Assembly (NCBI GenBank): GCA_051599415.1
Contig: AP039694.1
Location: 496,001-560,000, forward strand
Direction of reading: 5' to 3'
DNA length: 64,000 nt
DNA from: Savitreella phatthalungensis
Lineage: Eukaryota
Position 1 is the first letter of the stretch, and each line of letters begins with the position of its first letter. Under the pieces are notes generated by a model. That model was given only the letters and a program-made list of their open reading frames with translations. It ran no database searches and was not told the origin of the DNA. Made by a program: the position numbers and the translations under genes. This document shows, piece by piece, positions 11,754 through 23,300 of this stretch.

Positions 11754-12575
11754 GGTCGAGGGTATTTGTAGGTGCGAGAAGGGACCTCAGGAAGAATGGA
11801 CGGGGATTCGGCGATGCTGTGCCTCAGGCTCGGGTAGACTCCTCTCTGAATAGAACGTGAGTTCGGACTCAAATTTAGATCAGATTAGATCTCCGACCGA
11901 CGACCTCTTTTTTGCTGGCTTCTGCCGTTGCCTTTTGAAGAAGCCTGTGAGGGAGTGGATTCAAGGTAATAGGCGGAGATTCGTTGAAGTGGAAACTCAG
12001 AACGGATGAACGGAGGTGGTCACTTGCGGCGGAGTGATATATGAAGCCTGTGATGCGGCAGCAGGCGGCGGCGGCGACAATAACAAGAAAGAGAAAAAGG
12101 AGGAAGCAGAGTGAGTTGTATGAGGTGTAGGTGATGATTTCGTTTGGATGACCAGGTAGAGAGAGATCTTCTGACTTGACTTGACCTAGAGAGAATCTGT
12201 CGATGGCGGCAACTTTTACTTGAGACTGACTGATTGACCTTTGCGTATTCTGTGCGCAAGTCTTTTTGACTTATAGCCTCTCTTCTTGTATGTTCCAGCG
12301 CTTTCTGAGGCTTCGGAGGATCGGGATAATCTTTGAGCAATTGTGGTGTACCTGTTTTGTGTCTAGAGCTGTAGTTACTCAAGTAAGCGTCCTTGCTGAT
12401 GCTGCTGCTGCTGATGATGATGATGGACGATGTGAGGATGAATGATGAAGGATGAGTGTCTTCTGACTTGTGCTCCTGCTTCTACTGCTCTTGATGATGT
12501 TGATGTTACTGATGATGCTGATGATGTTGTTTTTGAGGGTGATTAGTTAGATCAGATTGTATTCTCTTTCCCCGA

Positions 12576-12584
12576 TTATCAGAT
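12576..12584 (-). promoter_or_regulatory. Iron-repressor GATA factor site (ATCTGATAA; SreA/Fep1 type)
   Basis: TTATCAGAT on the + strand equals ATCTGATAA, about 820 bp upstream of the siderophore transporter ATG. Related ATCAGAT and GATAA motifs lie nearby. Confidence 0.6.
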
Positions 12585-13474
12585 GAGAATCTGACAGGGC
12601 AGGGCTCATCATCAGAATCTAACTTGCAAAATAGAGGATAACTCCACTTGACTGTACCTTACTGCCACTGCTACTCCCACCGCTACTCCCACTGCTACTC
12701 CCACAAGCAGGACACTGTTCTACACCCTACAACACTGCACAGCCCAACTTGGACCGGACAAGCATCAGACAAAGATCTTATCAAGCTCAACCGTTTCTAA
12801 GAGCTCTATACTCTACAATCCAACTCATTCGTCCTCTCTAGCCCCACTTGAGAGTTGATCCGTCTGACCCTTCGCGGTCTTGTGCTTTTGTTGCCCTGTT
12901 ATGTGTTGTTATGTGCTACTATGCCATTCTGCTGTTGTGCTGCTCCGATTGCTTTGGAAGTGGTTTTGTCTTGTGACTGCCATGTGGGCCTCGTGATAGT
13001 TGAGGTAGATACAGTTGCCGGGCACCCACTTGGGTACTAGCAGACTTAAGATCCTGGTACCGTCGATGCTATCCGATCTTCTGCTAAGCCTCTCTTGCGG
13101 CATATACGCCAAAAAGAGCTCGCCAGCATCACCGGTGAGTCTCAGCTCGAAGTTCTAGCAATGGCAAAAAGACCGATCCGATGCGAGAGTACAACTGTGG
13201 CATCTGCTCAAGGTCTGCCGTGTAACTCTTTAGAGCACTCTGTGAACTCTCTTGACGCGGTCAATAGAGAAAATCGTGCATTCGATAGTCGAAGTCACCT
13301 CGTAGTCATCTGTTGCTCTGTCTAGCAAGATGCACGCATGTGGTCGATGCCATCGATGTGATTCAGGGCTCCTAACGACCGATACCCTTGCTCAGCTCTG
13401 TATGCATTGGAGTCGCGTCCAAGCTCCTGCGAATGCTTTCATCGAAGGCCGGGGAGATTCATCTACTGTCTGGT

Positions 13475-14488
13475 CTAGAGCTCGTCGCGCTTATGATTCA
13501 TGGGCCAGGATACTTGGAGCCACTCGATCGTGAATAGGGAGAGGATTTTGGCGAGGTCATCGATGATACCTTGGTCGAGTGCGTCAGCGTTGTCGTCCTG
13601 TGTATGCCAGACGCGAGGGAATGGGAGCGGAATCACATGAAGGACTTCGACGCCTCTGTGGAGAAACGGGGTGTGATCGTCACCCATCGTTCCTGCTGCG
13701 TGGTAAGCATTGTCACCGCTGAAGATGCGGTTCCGTCCGCCGTGGACAAGTCGTTCAAGGTCTGCCAAGGCATCGTACGCCGGCTGAGTGGTCTGGAAGA
13801 ACGACGGGACACTTGCGTCGTCCGTTCCAAGCAGGTCGAGGAGGACTAGGAGATCCATGGACTCGAGCCGCGTCCGATGTGCGCCAGTCGGTGTCGGGTG
13901 CTGGTATTGCTGTTCCCACACTGCGGCCAGGTGACGTGATCCGTAGATGGAGTCCTCGTCAGTCCAGTAGTTGACGGCCTCCTCGCCATCGAAGAATATC
14001 AGCTGTAGCCCTTTGCCCGGAGGCAGCATGTCCCGCGTCAGCTGCTGTGCAACGTAGAGCAAGATGGCACATGGCACAGAGCTGTCTGTAGCACCGATGA
14101 AGCCGAACGGCTCGCGCTTCGAGTCGTAGTGTGCGGCGAGGACGAGCCTGCCGACATCCTCAGGCCGACTATCGATAGGATCCAACGTCGCAATCAGATT
14201 GACGAACTCGACGCCTGGAGAGATCGGTGTCGGCGCCACGAAACGATCCTCCTCGAGATGCCAGTGTGATGTATTGATTTTGGAGCGGAGAAAGTGAAGG
14301 ATGTCTGTGGCTCCTTGAGTGCCGGAGACGCGAGGTACGAGCAGAGGCTTCAGTAGCGAGCCATCCTTGATTGCCAGACTCTTCAGCGATGGCAGATTCG
14401 CCAGGAAAGACTCGCGTTCCTCGTCGAACAGAGGCTCATAAGCGCTCGCGAGAGCTACGATGGCACAGATCGCGCGAAGAAAGTGCAT
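13475..14488 (-). CDS. Glutaminyl-peptide cyclotransferase-like M28 peptidase
   Basis: Signal peptide; LAAHYDSK, GATDSSVPCA, FFDGEEA, DSIYGSRHLA, LLDLLG, DDHTPF, PFPRVWHT; C-terminal RDEL. Confidence 0.92.
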   Translation of the reverse strand: MHFLRAICAIVALASAYEPLFDEERESFLANLPSLKSLAIKDGSLLKPLLVPRVSGTQGATDILHFLRSKINTSHWHLEEDRFVAPTPISPGVEFVNLIATLDPIDSRPEDVGRLVLAAHYDSKREPFGFIGATDSSVPCAILLYVAQQLTRDMLPPGKGLQLIFFDGEEAVNYWTDEDSIYGSRHLAAVWEQQYQHPTPTGAHRTRLESMDLLVLLDLLGTDDASVPSFFQTTQPAYDALADLERLVHGGRNRIFSGDNAYHAAGTMGDDHTPFLHRGVEVLHVIPLPFPRVWHTQDDNADALDQGIIDDLAKILSLFTIEWLQVSWPMNHKRDEL

Positions 14489-14793
14489 TGTGAGGGCTGC
14501 TACCTTTGTACTTGCGCGTTCACGTCAGCGTCATCTTTATACCCGCTGTAGCCACAGATCCTTCGTCCACCTGAACGATACTGTAACACTTGACATGACA
14601 TGACACGTCCCACATCGTTATGTACGGTGCGTGCATTGAGTGTTCGATTGTGCATTCTGCCTCGATCTTGTCTCCTCCGCATAATCGATCCTCTTGCACG
14701 TGTAAGTATGTCCTGAATGGAAGTTTGCTTCACAACGGTTGACGTCAAAGCAGCCTTGCGGGCACCACAGGGAAGTGCTTGGAGTTCGAGGAC

Positions 14794-15342
14794 ATGGCGT
14801 GGTTCTGGCAGACGACGCCTGAGCCAGGATCGGACAAGCAGGCGGAGAACGGTTCAGACCTGTACCGGAATCTTGATCCTGAGCTTGCTGCGTTTGCACG
14901 ACAGACGACTGCTCAATTGCCTGAGGGAGACGATGTGAAGCCCGCGCTCGGCGTCAGTGGGCTACCCGCTGCCGATGACGCAGTCTTGACAGACTCGAAC
15001 ACCACAGCAGCCGAGAAGGTTGTCTATGCGATCAATGCGCGTGACCAGCGCAAGATCATTTCGAAGGGCGCACAATTCAATTGTGCTGTGCTGGAGAGCG
15101 AGTTGACGGAATGCTTGAGTGGTGGCGAGAATGCTGGCTGGCGGGGTAGATTGAATATGTGTGAGGCCTACAAGAGGAAGTTCTACGATTGCCTGGAGGC
15201 TAACAAGATCGTCCTCACACAGTTAGGATACGGAGCGAGAGGTAATTCGGAAAAATACAACCAGCAGCTGCTGGAACGCGCGGACGATATGGTCCTTGCC
15301 AGTGACGCCGAGAGTATCAAAGACAATCAGAACAAGGCTTGA
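14794..15342 (+). CDS. Uncharacterised fungal protein with twin CX9C motif
   Basis: MAWFW N-terminus; CAVLESELTEC and CEAYKRKFYDC are both C-X9-C. Confidence 0.7.
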   Translation: MAWFWQTTPEPGSDKQAENGSDLYRNLDPELAAFARQTTAQLPEGDDVKPALGVSGLPAADDAVLTDSNTTAAEKVVYAINARDQRKIISKGAQFNCAVLESELTECLSGGENAGWRGRLNMCEAYKRKFYDCLEANKIVLTQLGYGARGNSEKYNQQLLERADDMVLASDAESIKDNQNKA

Positions 15343-15455
15343 AAAGCGACGTCAGGCGACTCAGGAGCGATGAACGGAGTTAAAACATCAATTCACATGA
15401 TCGTCGAAAGCGCTACATACTTAAAGGAGACAAAAAGCGATCGACACGTAGCTCA

Positions 15456-17306
15456 TTAGGCAGCTGCAGGATGAACAGCGAGACCTTCCTCGAGCATCTT
15501 GATGCTAAGGGCGAGGCGTTTGCTGTAGTAGCGGCAGAGGGCGAGGTTGCCACCCATGTACCACATACCTGGGTGACCGGAGTTGCGCCAGATGGTGGCG
15601 AGCTCACCTTGTTCGTCGAGACCCCAGACGTCCTTTGTCTGATCGGCAACCTCCTGAGACAGAATTCGTGCGGCTGTTGTCCGCATGTTCTGGTAGCCTG
15701 TGGCGAGGACGACAATGTCCGCCGGGACGATCGTGCCGTCCACAAGCTCGAGCGAGTTCTTGTGGAAGCGCTTGATACCCCGGCCACTCTCGACCTTGAT
15801 CTTGCCTTCGGCAATCAGCGAGGAAGCTCCGACGTCGAGGTAGTAGCCTCCGCCGCGAGTGAAGTACAGGCCGAGGAAGGAGACGCCATCTCCATTGTTT
15901 GTGGTGAATCCGCCCTTAGCCAGGTTCTCAAGCAACTCTTTGTCGGCGTCGGCGATGCGCTTGGCTGTCTGACCTTGGAGAACAAGGTGCATCGGATTCG
16001 GAATGGAGGCAAACAGGAGGTCTGCGTCCTCAACATCCGGACCATTCTCCTCGTATAGTCCCTCGAATAGAATTCGCAGACCGTTTTCTGAAGACATGAT
16101 ATACGTTGAGCTGCGCTGGATGATTGTGACGTCTGCACCCTGCTCGTAGAAGTCATGTGCAATATCGTGTCCGCTGTTGCAGCAGCCGACGACTACGGCC
16201 TTTTTGCCGCTGAAGTCCTTGCCGGTGGTGTGCTGTGACGAGTGGCAGATTTTTCCTTCGAATTCGTTTTCGCCTTCGAAGTGCGGGATATTTGCCTCTC
16301 CGGAGTGGCCGGTGGCGAGAACGACGTGTTTCGGATGGAGCTCGCGGATTTTGCCGTCTGGGCCTTGCACAGGAACAGTCCAGGTCTTAGTATCCTTGTC
16401 GTAGGTAGCACCCTTGACCTCGGTCTTCATCCAGACGTTGAGCTCCATCAGATTCGCATATGCCTCGAACCACTCTGCGAGCTTGTCCTTGGGTGTGAAA
16501 ACTGGCCAGTGAGCCGGGAAAGGAATGTACGCCATGTGATCGTACCAAACAGGATCGTGTAGGACGAGGAAATTATAGCGCTTACGCCAGTTGTCGCCGA
16601 TGCGTTCATTCTTATCGACAATGAGCGTGTCGACATTGAGCTGACCAAGGCGAGCTGCGAGGTTGAGACCAGCTTGTCCCGCACCTATGACCACCACCGT
16701 CGGTTCGCTGTCAAGGAAATTCTTCTTTTCGTGGCGCAAATCCTTCCATGCCTTGCGGTCGACGTTCTCGCCATGGTTTACACCCTGCGGTCGGGTGGCT
16801 CCGTTCTTTTCCTCGAAGCCTTTGAGCTCTTCGAGAGAGGTGAAGCAGGTGAAGCACTTCCAGGCGCCACTTGCTGCAGAGGATGATGGCATCAGACGAA
16901 TGAGGCCACGGCCCCGTCCGATCTTTGTCTCGAAGTTGATGAAAGCCTGGATCCAGGTGAACCCTTCGACAGGATGCTGTAGCGCTGGCTCGTGCTTGCT
17001 GCTCAGCTGGAATTTCGTGAACTGAGCTTTGGGATTGTGCTCGGCGACGAATGATTTGATCTCATCCTTCCCATGGAGGAGTTTGTGGTCGAGGGTGAAG
17101 TTGAGCAGGTCACGCCACCATGATTCGTCATGGAAGAGCTTGTCAAGTGTATTGTAGTCGTTGTTCGTCAAGCAAGCATTGAGGGCATCAATCCAATCAG
17201 CGCAGACCTGGTGTATCTCCCTGGCAGTCAGCTCATGCGCGCCCTTAAGCTCGCTTGGGAACTGAGCGACTGGCGCTGCCACAGGCGCTTGCATCGTCGT
17301 TGCCAT
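15456..17306 (-). CDS. Flavin-containing monooxygenase (class B, long N-terminal extension, type II FMO/YUCCA-like)
   Basis: GAGQAG (FAD), IGDNWRKRY, ATGHSG, FEGKICHSSQH (FMO fingerprint variant), GCCNSGHD (NAD(P)H), LATGY. TATA-like motif near 17372-17380. Confidence 0.9.
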   Translation of the reverse strand: MATTMQAPVAAPVAQFPSELKGAHELTAREIHQVCADWIDALNACLTNNDYNTLDKLFHDESWWRDLLNFTLDHKLLHGKDEIKSFVAEHNPKAQFTKFQLSSKHEPALQHPVEGFTWIQAFINFETKIGRGRGLIRLMPSSSAASGAWKCFTCFTSLEELKGFEEKNGATRPQGVNHGENVDRKAWKDLRHEKKNFLDSEPTVVVIGAGQAGLNLAARLGQLNVDTLIVDKNERIGDNWRKRYNFLVLHDPVWYDHMAYIPFPAHWPVFTPKDKLAEWFEAYANLMELNVWMKTEVKGATYDKDTKTWTVPVQGPDGKIRELHPKHVVLATGHSGEANIPHFEGENEFEGKICHSSQHTTGKDFSGKKAVVVGCCNSGHDIAHDFYEQGADVTIIQRSSTYIMSSENGLRILFEGLYEENGPDVEDADLLFASIPNPMHLVLQGQTAKRIADADKELLENLAKGGFTTNNGDGVSFLGLYFTRGGGYYLDVGASSLIAEGKIKVESGRGIKRFHKNSLELVDGTIVPADIVVLATGYQNMRTTAARILSQEVADQTKDVWGLDEQGELATIWRNSGHPGMWYMGGNLALCRYYSKRLALSIKMLEEGLAVHPAAA

Positions 17307-17832
17307 GGTCAATGAGTATTTCAAATAAGAGGACAGGTATTGCCTGAGAGTCAAGGACAGGGAGGGCGTACTATATTTATAGGTGTGGGCTGGCTTTTTG
17401 GAGATTGAACGCCCAGTGATCCACCCGTCTAGAACCTTGGGCAGAGCTCGAGCTTGTAGTCACTTGATGTGGGGCGCGCCTGGAGTAGCCGTAGAGGCGT
17501 TGATCCACCTGCACGGACGGGACGCACGGACAGGGCGTTACGCGTGGGTCGGCGCGTGACCTGTACCTCGTTGGGGGTATACGGTGGAGCCGGGGAACCT
17601 GTAAGCCTTGATCCTGGAGCCTGGAGTCTGTAAGTCAGCCCAGTTTTCCTCTCCTGTATCATTTGCTATGCAATATACCATGCATGACTGCGATCTGGCC
17701 ATCTTGTTGATCGTCTTCTGGCGGGAGGTGCTGCAGATCCATCACACCCGTGAATGAAGTGAAGTTTGAGGCAGAAGTCCCATAGAGCCAGCCTACTTAG
17801 ACTGCTGACCTCTTGTGTTTAGCTGAGATCTC

Positions 17833-17866
17833 TGATGTGATGTGATGTGATGTGATTTGATGTGAT
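17833..17866. repeat. (TGTGA)n pentanucleotide repeat
   Basis: tgatgtgatgtgatgtgatgtgatttgatgtgat seen directly. Confidence 0.8.
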
Positions 17867-19023
17867 CTGGTTCGACTCTATCCTTTTTTTTGATCTGCAT
17901 CCAGTTTCTATGCGTATAGCTTCATGTGGATTTGCTACAGGCTTCAGTTCAGTAGGATAGACGTTGGTTATCCTTTAGCGTATAGCGTAGACTGCTCCCC
18001 ATCCAAATCATCAGGGTGATTGAGGAAGTGTTTTAGGCGGGTGATATTGCCCAAAGTCAAAACCGTTTACTCAGTAAAGTAACGATTTTCCTCTCCTGCT
18101 TCTCCTCCTTCTTCCATCCCACGTAAATACTTTTGGGATAGATATGTTCACTCTCCCTTCTGATCCACTCTTCCAAGTTCTATCTATCGTCATGTGATGG
18201 GCCAAGGTGGAAAATATACCTTCAATAGATTGCTCCATTATTGGCGACGGTGTTGTGCTTGAGTTGTTTCCCCGGATTTTCGGAAATTTTAAATATGAAT
18301 AACAAAGGAAAGCAATCATCCCGCGCACAGCTTGCGGAATTTAAAAATAGGTTGCCTTCTCCCGAATCGCAGATCAATCCAGAGCAACAGATTTCTGAAA
18401 TACTAGTCCAGTTGCCGTGATTGCCACTGTAGTCACATGAACACTCAACACTGCCCTCCTTTGGAACACACCTTGTTATCGCAAGTGGTTACAGAGACCA
18501 GACCCAAAATCCTTGACTGGCAAAGCCCAATTGACAGGCTGGTTTGATGGCACTCCTTTCATTTATTTGAGCTTGACTAAATTCTCTCGGAATTTTCTCC
18601 AGATTCACTTTCTCGACTCCATCGGATGAGTACCCATCGGATGAGTACACGTGTACCGCTCCATAACTTGCAAGGATATATCTACCGTCAGGGTGGCGAA
18701 TTCACTGCTTGAGATATTGGAAGTGAAATTTCCCATGCAGGTATGCAGTGCCTGCACCATGAAGCATACGTACGCTATCAAACTTAAAATAAATTTTAAT
18801 CATTTCAATATTCAACGAGTATTACAGTACGTGCATGTGTCCAAAGTTGACTTGATTCTATCAAGCCCCGGTGCTAGAAGCTCTCAACAAGTCACCAGGT
18901 ATCGATTCCACCTCTCACCTCACCTTCGTACACTAGACCGTCCTGCCAGCAGGCCTGTATCTCTTTCACCTCTATCCGTGTACAATCGTCATCTTGAGCA
19001 GTCTTCTCAGACAACATTTTCAT

Positions 19024-20277
19024 ATGGCGCGTTCAACCTTGCGTCAACTCAATCGATTATTGCGCCAGCTAGGGCTCCCAGAAGTTGCAGATCTAGACGA
19101 AATCACCTCTTCCCTTCTTGTAGTAGCATATGAGTGCGTCACTGGCTATAGACTGCCTTTACCAGATAAAGTCAAGCAATCACGTTCTCGACGCGCTCGC
19201 ATTCTACTGGTACAAGCGCTCATTACCGACCTTACTGAGTCATGGCTACAACCAAAACTAGTCGACTTCCAGGCAGCAGAAGTGGTCGATGGCGACCCAG
19301 TAGCAGTCCATGCTGCATGCCGAACCTTGCTCACCGTGGCACAGATCAGCCGGGCTCTGAGGATCACAGCAGCTGACGACTCAATCAGCAAAGCAGATAC
19401 GCTTCGGGAAACCGATGAACCGTCAATCTTGTCATTCACCTCATCTACACCGGGGATCAACATAGCTCATAGGCGTCGACCAGCTCGACGTGGGCCCGCC
19501 AAGAAGGAAAGACACTGTCTATGCAATCAGGACAGCTCGATCGTCTCTGCAGAAAGCAGCTTCTGTCAATGTACGCCTACGCGACTATATAAATCGTCGA
19601 ACCACAGTCAACCACTCGTGTACACAGCGCCACTTCGTTCAGATCCAGTAGAGCAGGGTCACTCGATCTCTCTATCACAATCCATCTGTGAGTCACGTCA
19701 ACGTCAACACAAAATCGATCCAATTCAGAATGAGAAACGCCTGTGGCCATCTCCAGTTGCACTCAATCGTTTTACGTCGACTATGCGTCCTGGAGTTGGC
19801 CCCTCATCTTTTCCGATTGCACCTCCAACCCTGTCAGACAGCGCACACCACCAATTGTGGTCACGCGCGAGTGCATCTGATGAACAAATCTGGCTGGGGA
19901 ATAGCGCAGCAGCGACTGTGGGCAGCGACTCGCCCTACTACTTTGCAAATGCATTGACACCTTCTGGAACGCGACTGAACGGTGGCGACTGGGTTGCTCC
20001 AAACGACGTCGATAGTCCAGGCACCGCACTCGTCAGACGCAGGCATGAGGATGCTAGAAGGTCATTCCGGATCGAGCAGGAGGCGACGATTTCCCGGCTC
20101 TCGCGCTCTGTCGGTCCTGAACAAATGTTCCGGCCGACTGTTCCGTTGACACAGCCACAGACACGACCACAGGAGTCGATCACACAACCGCTGCTCACAA
20201 GATCTCTATTCGGTCTCAGCTCTCACCGCCAGGATCAAAATCACAATCCCTACAGTGCACTACCCTCGCGTTCATGA
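19024..20277 (+). CDS. Uncharacterised protein with DUF5745/CEP95-N-like domain and disordered tail
   Basis: The N-terminus LNRLLRQLGLPEVADLDEITSSLLVVAYECVTG...AEVVDGDPVAVHAACRTLL resembles DUF5745 (recalled, not searched). The remainder is S/P-rich. Confidence 0.55.
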   Translation: MARSTLRQLNRLLRQLGLPEVADLDEITSSLLVVAYECVTGYRLPLPDKVKQSRSRRARILLVQALITDLTESWLQPKLVDFQAAEVVDGDPVAVHAACRTLLTVAQISRALRITAADDSISKADTLRETDEPSILSFTSSTPGINIAHRRRPARRGPAKKERHCLCNQDSSIVSAESSFCQCTPTRLYKSSNHSQPLVYTAPLRSDPVEQGHSISLSQSICESRQRQHKIDPIQNEKRLWPSPVALNRFTSTMRPGVGPSSFPIAPPTLSDSAHHQLWSRASASDEQIWLGNSAAATVGSDSPYYFANALTPSGTRLNGGDWVAPNDVDSPGTALVRRRHEDARRSFRIEQEATISRLSRSVGPEQMFRPTVPLTQPQTRPQESITQPLLTRSLFGLSSHRQDQNHNPYSALPSRS

Positions 20278-20360
20278 GTTGTCCACAGTCGAGATTACTA
20301 GGTACGGAGAGGGCTCGTCAGATGAGCGCTATGCAAGGGAGCATGAACAGCAGGTGTACT

Positions 20361-23300
20361 CTAGTGGGACTCGACAAAGGCAACAGCACGTGCCTTGACT
20401 CGTTCGACGTCGTCTTCAGATCCGTGTTTCTTCTCGAGCGCCAGCCACTTCTTGAACACGCTCTTGGCCTTCTTGACCGAGAGCTTGAGTGGGGAGGCAT
20501 CATCGAGGACTCTGACAAACAACTTACGTGCCGGTGTCAACAGCTCACCTAGAGGCAGTCGCAACGCATCGACGTCCTCTTCGTCTCCGAGAGTCTCGTC
20601 ATCATCGTCAACATCCCTGATGGGCTGAATACCTTCTGCTTTGGCTTGACGTAAGGCGGCCGCAACTTCCTGGTCGATGTAGACGAACCAGACGTCTAGC
20701 TTTTTTGGGTAGGATGCTAAGAGACCTTCGAACAAGGTCGCTCCGCGTTCAGGTTCGCCGAGATGGTACTCGAGTCTAGCGAAACGCTCCATGTGGGCGA
20801 CGTGGTCACGCTCCGGCAGTGATTTGAAGGAACGCGCATACACAGAGCGAGCGTCATCAATGCGATCCTGTTGACGCGCAAGCCAATCGGCGTACTCTTG
20901 CCAGACACGAGGGTCTGTTGATCCGAAGCGCTGGACAGCCTTCTTGAAGATTTCCTCAGCTTCCGCGTTCTTGCCAGCACGGATGTAGACGCCGGCCAAG
21001 CGAGCGTGCATGTCTCGCGGGTCGTGAGAGGTGCAAGCACGTTTGAAGACGGCTTCTAGCGTATCCTCGTCTCCGAAACTGCACTCGAGGTTGAGCAAGG
21101 CGTTGTAGACGTTGAGTTTCTCAGACAGCTCACGGTAGTGAATTGCGCCAAGAGCACGCTCGGCAATGCTTCGAGCCCGGCCGACATCAGAAGACTCGAG
21201 GTAGTAAGCCATGTAGCGCACCCAGTGGAGCGAGTTGTTTGGATCGCCGAGGACTAGGCGCTCAAAGTCTTCGGGCGTGGTAGGCTCATCGTCAATGGAC
21301 TTGACTTGACGATTGTTCTTTCGCTTCTTGTTCTTACGAGAGACTTCCCCTGCTTCGTCGTCATCAGAGGAGTCGGCGTCAGACTCGTCTGCATTGTCAC
21401 CGAAGACGTCTCCCGCATCCAGGTCGAAGCCGCCGGCCTTGACAGCAGGCGCGTCAGCGTCGCCTTCCATCGACTCATCCTCATCCACGTAACCATCATC
21501 ATCTTCTTCTTCTTCCTCCTCCTCCTCGTCATCTTCCTCGAATTCCGCATCGTCGTTATCGGCATCGTCCATGTCGACTTCACCATCGTCCTCGTCCTCG
21601 TCTTCGTCATCCTCAGCCTGCTCATTGTCATCGAAATAGGAAGCTTTAAGACCAAACGAGACACGGCGCTTTTTCTCGTCGACCTCGAGGACAATCGCTC
21701 GGACTAGATCTCCTGGAGAGTAGATCTTGGCTAGATCGCCAACGGCCTTGTCGGCAACTTGTGACTTGTGGCACAAACCGTCGATGTGGTGGTCCGTCGT
21801 GGTGAGGAAGATGCCGAAGGTCTCAATCTTCTTGACAGTCGCATCGACGATATCGCCCTTGGATAGCATCGATAGATCAGCAGCATCTGCGGAAGTGTTC
21901 CTGGCAGTCTTACCCGACGGCGTTTTCCGGAGAGAGAATTCGACACGGGAGCTCTTCGTGTCGACGGAAAGTACACGGCCCTCGACAAGCTGATGAATAG
22001 TGAAGAGGCGGCGCCAGTCCTTGACAAAATCGTCCGACAGCTCTGCAATCTTGACACGCGCAGTCACATTGCGACCGAGCTCGACAAAGAGGCCGTGATC
22101 AGCCACGTTCTTGATATAGCCGCGGTAGGTTGCACCTTCCTTGAGGTCTGCGACGGCGTTGATTTCAGGGTCCTTGGCGTTTGGCGCCGGGTCTCGCAAG
22201 GAGAGCGACAGTCGCTTGTTTGGCAGATCGATCGCCTTGACGGTGACGCTGACAACTGCATTTGTAGCAACCTGGCTTGTCGGATCGGCGATGTCTTCGT
22301 CAGCGATGTCCGTCAAGCTGACGCGACCAACAACAGACTCGCTCAATTGGACAAGTAGGCCAGACTCGAGTACTTTTGTTACGCGGCCAGGCAATTGCTG
22401 ACCGATTTTGAGTGACTTGAGGGATGTAATAGCAATGACGTCCTGGTCGACCGCGCGCTCAGAGAGATCCAGATGGTCGTTTGCGATGTCGATATTGATC
22501 ACACGCAAGTTGAGCGCCTGACCAGGCACGTAAGCCTGGTCGACGCCGGTCGACTGCGTTCCGGTTGTGAGGTCCGCAAGATCGACAAGCTTGACACGGC
22601 CACGAACCGAAGGCGACAGACTGACCCAGACAGAATCGTCCGCAACCTTGTTAACAAATCCAAGGTAGATTTTGCCCTTCTTGACCTGCCGGAGCGTGAG
22701 AACTGGAGCGTCTGCATCGGCAATAGCGGACGGCTTGAGAGAGCACTCAGCCATCGTGGAAGCGTTGCTCATTCGGTGTGTGAGCGGCAGGAACTTGTGG
22801 GTACGAGGGTCGTGGCGACCAATGATACGGACTGTGATCGTGGCGCCTGCCTGGAAGCCCTTGAGTGGATGACGCTTGTTGCGAATGTCATCTGCCGAGT
22901 CAAAGATGGAGGAGACGTCAACGCGACCGTGCATGCCGTTTGGCAGCTCGAGGTTGAGCTGAGTTTGACGGATACCAATGATTTTGGCCTGAACGAGATC
23001 ATTCACAGCTGTGCCGTTCGAGGCGCTACCGATTGTCGGCTTCTCGCGGAATGAGACAAGCAATTTGCGCTGAGCAGCATCTACGCTCGTAACGGTTGCC
23101 TCAATCGATTGTGAGGGCCGGAAGACGGAGGCTGGCGTTGCAATGTATTCTTCCGCGAGCTCGCTTTTGAGACAAAGACCAGTCAGGCCGTGAACGAATT
23201 GCACGAGGACACCGTAGTCGTAGACCTTGGCGATCGAGCCAGCATACTTGAAGCCAACCTTTGCATCTTCGAGCTCCTTCAGCAGAGTGTTACCTTTGGC

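Noticed and set aside
17869..17891. GGTTCGACTC (B-box-like) followed by a poly-T run, resembling a tRNA 3' end
   Set aside because: The upstream sequence is a TGTGA repeat with no A-box or cloverleaf.
18619..18648. Direct repeat CCATCGGATGAGTAC x2
   Set aside because: Only two adjacent copies, with no spacers or mobile-element context; a simple local duplication.
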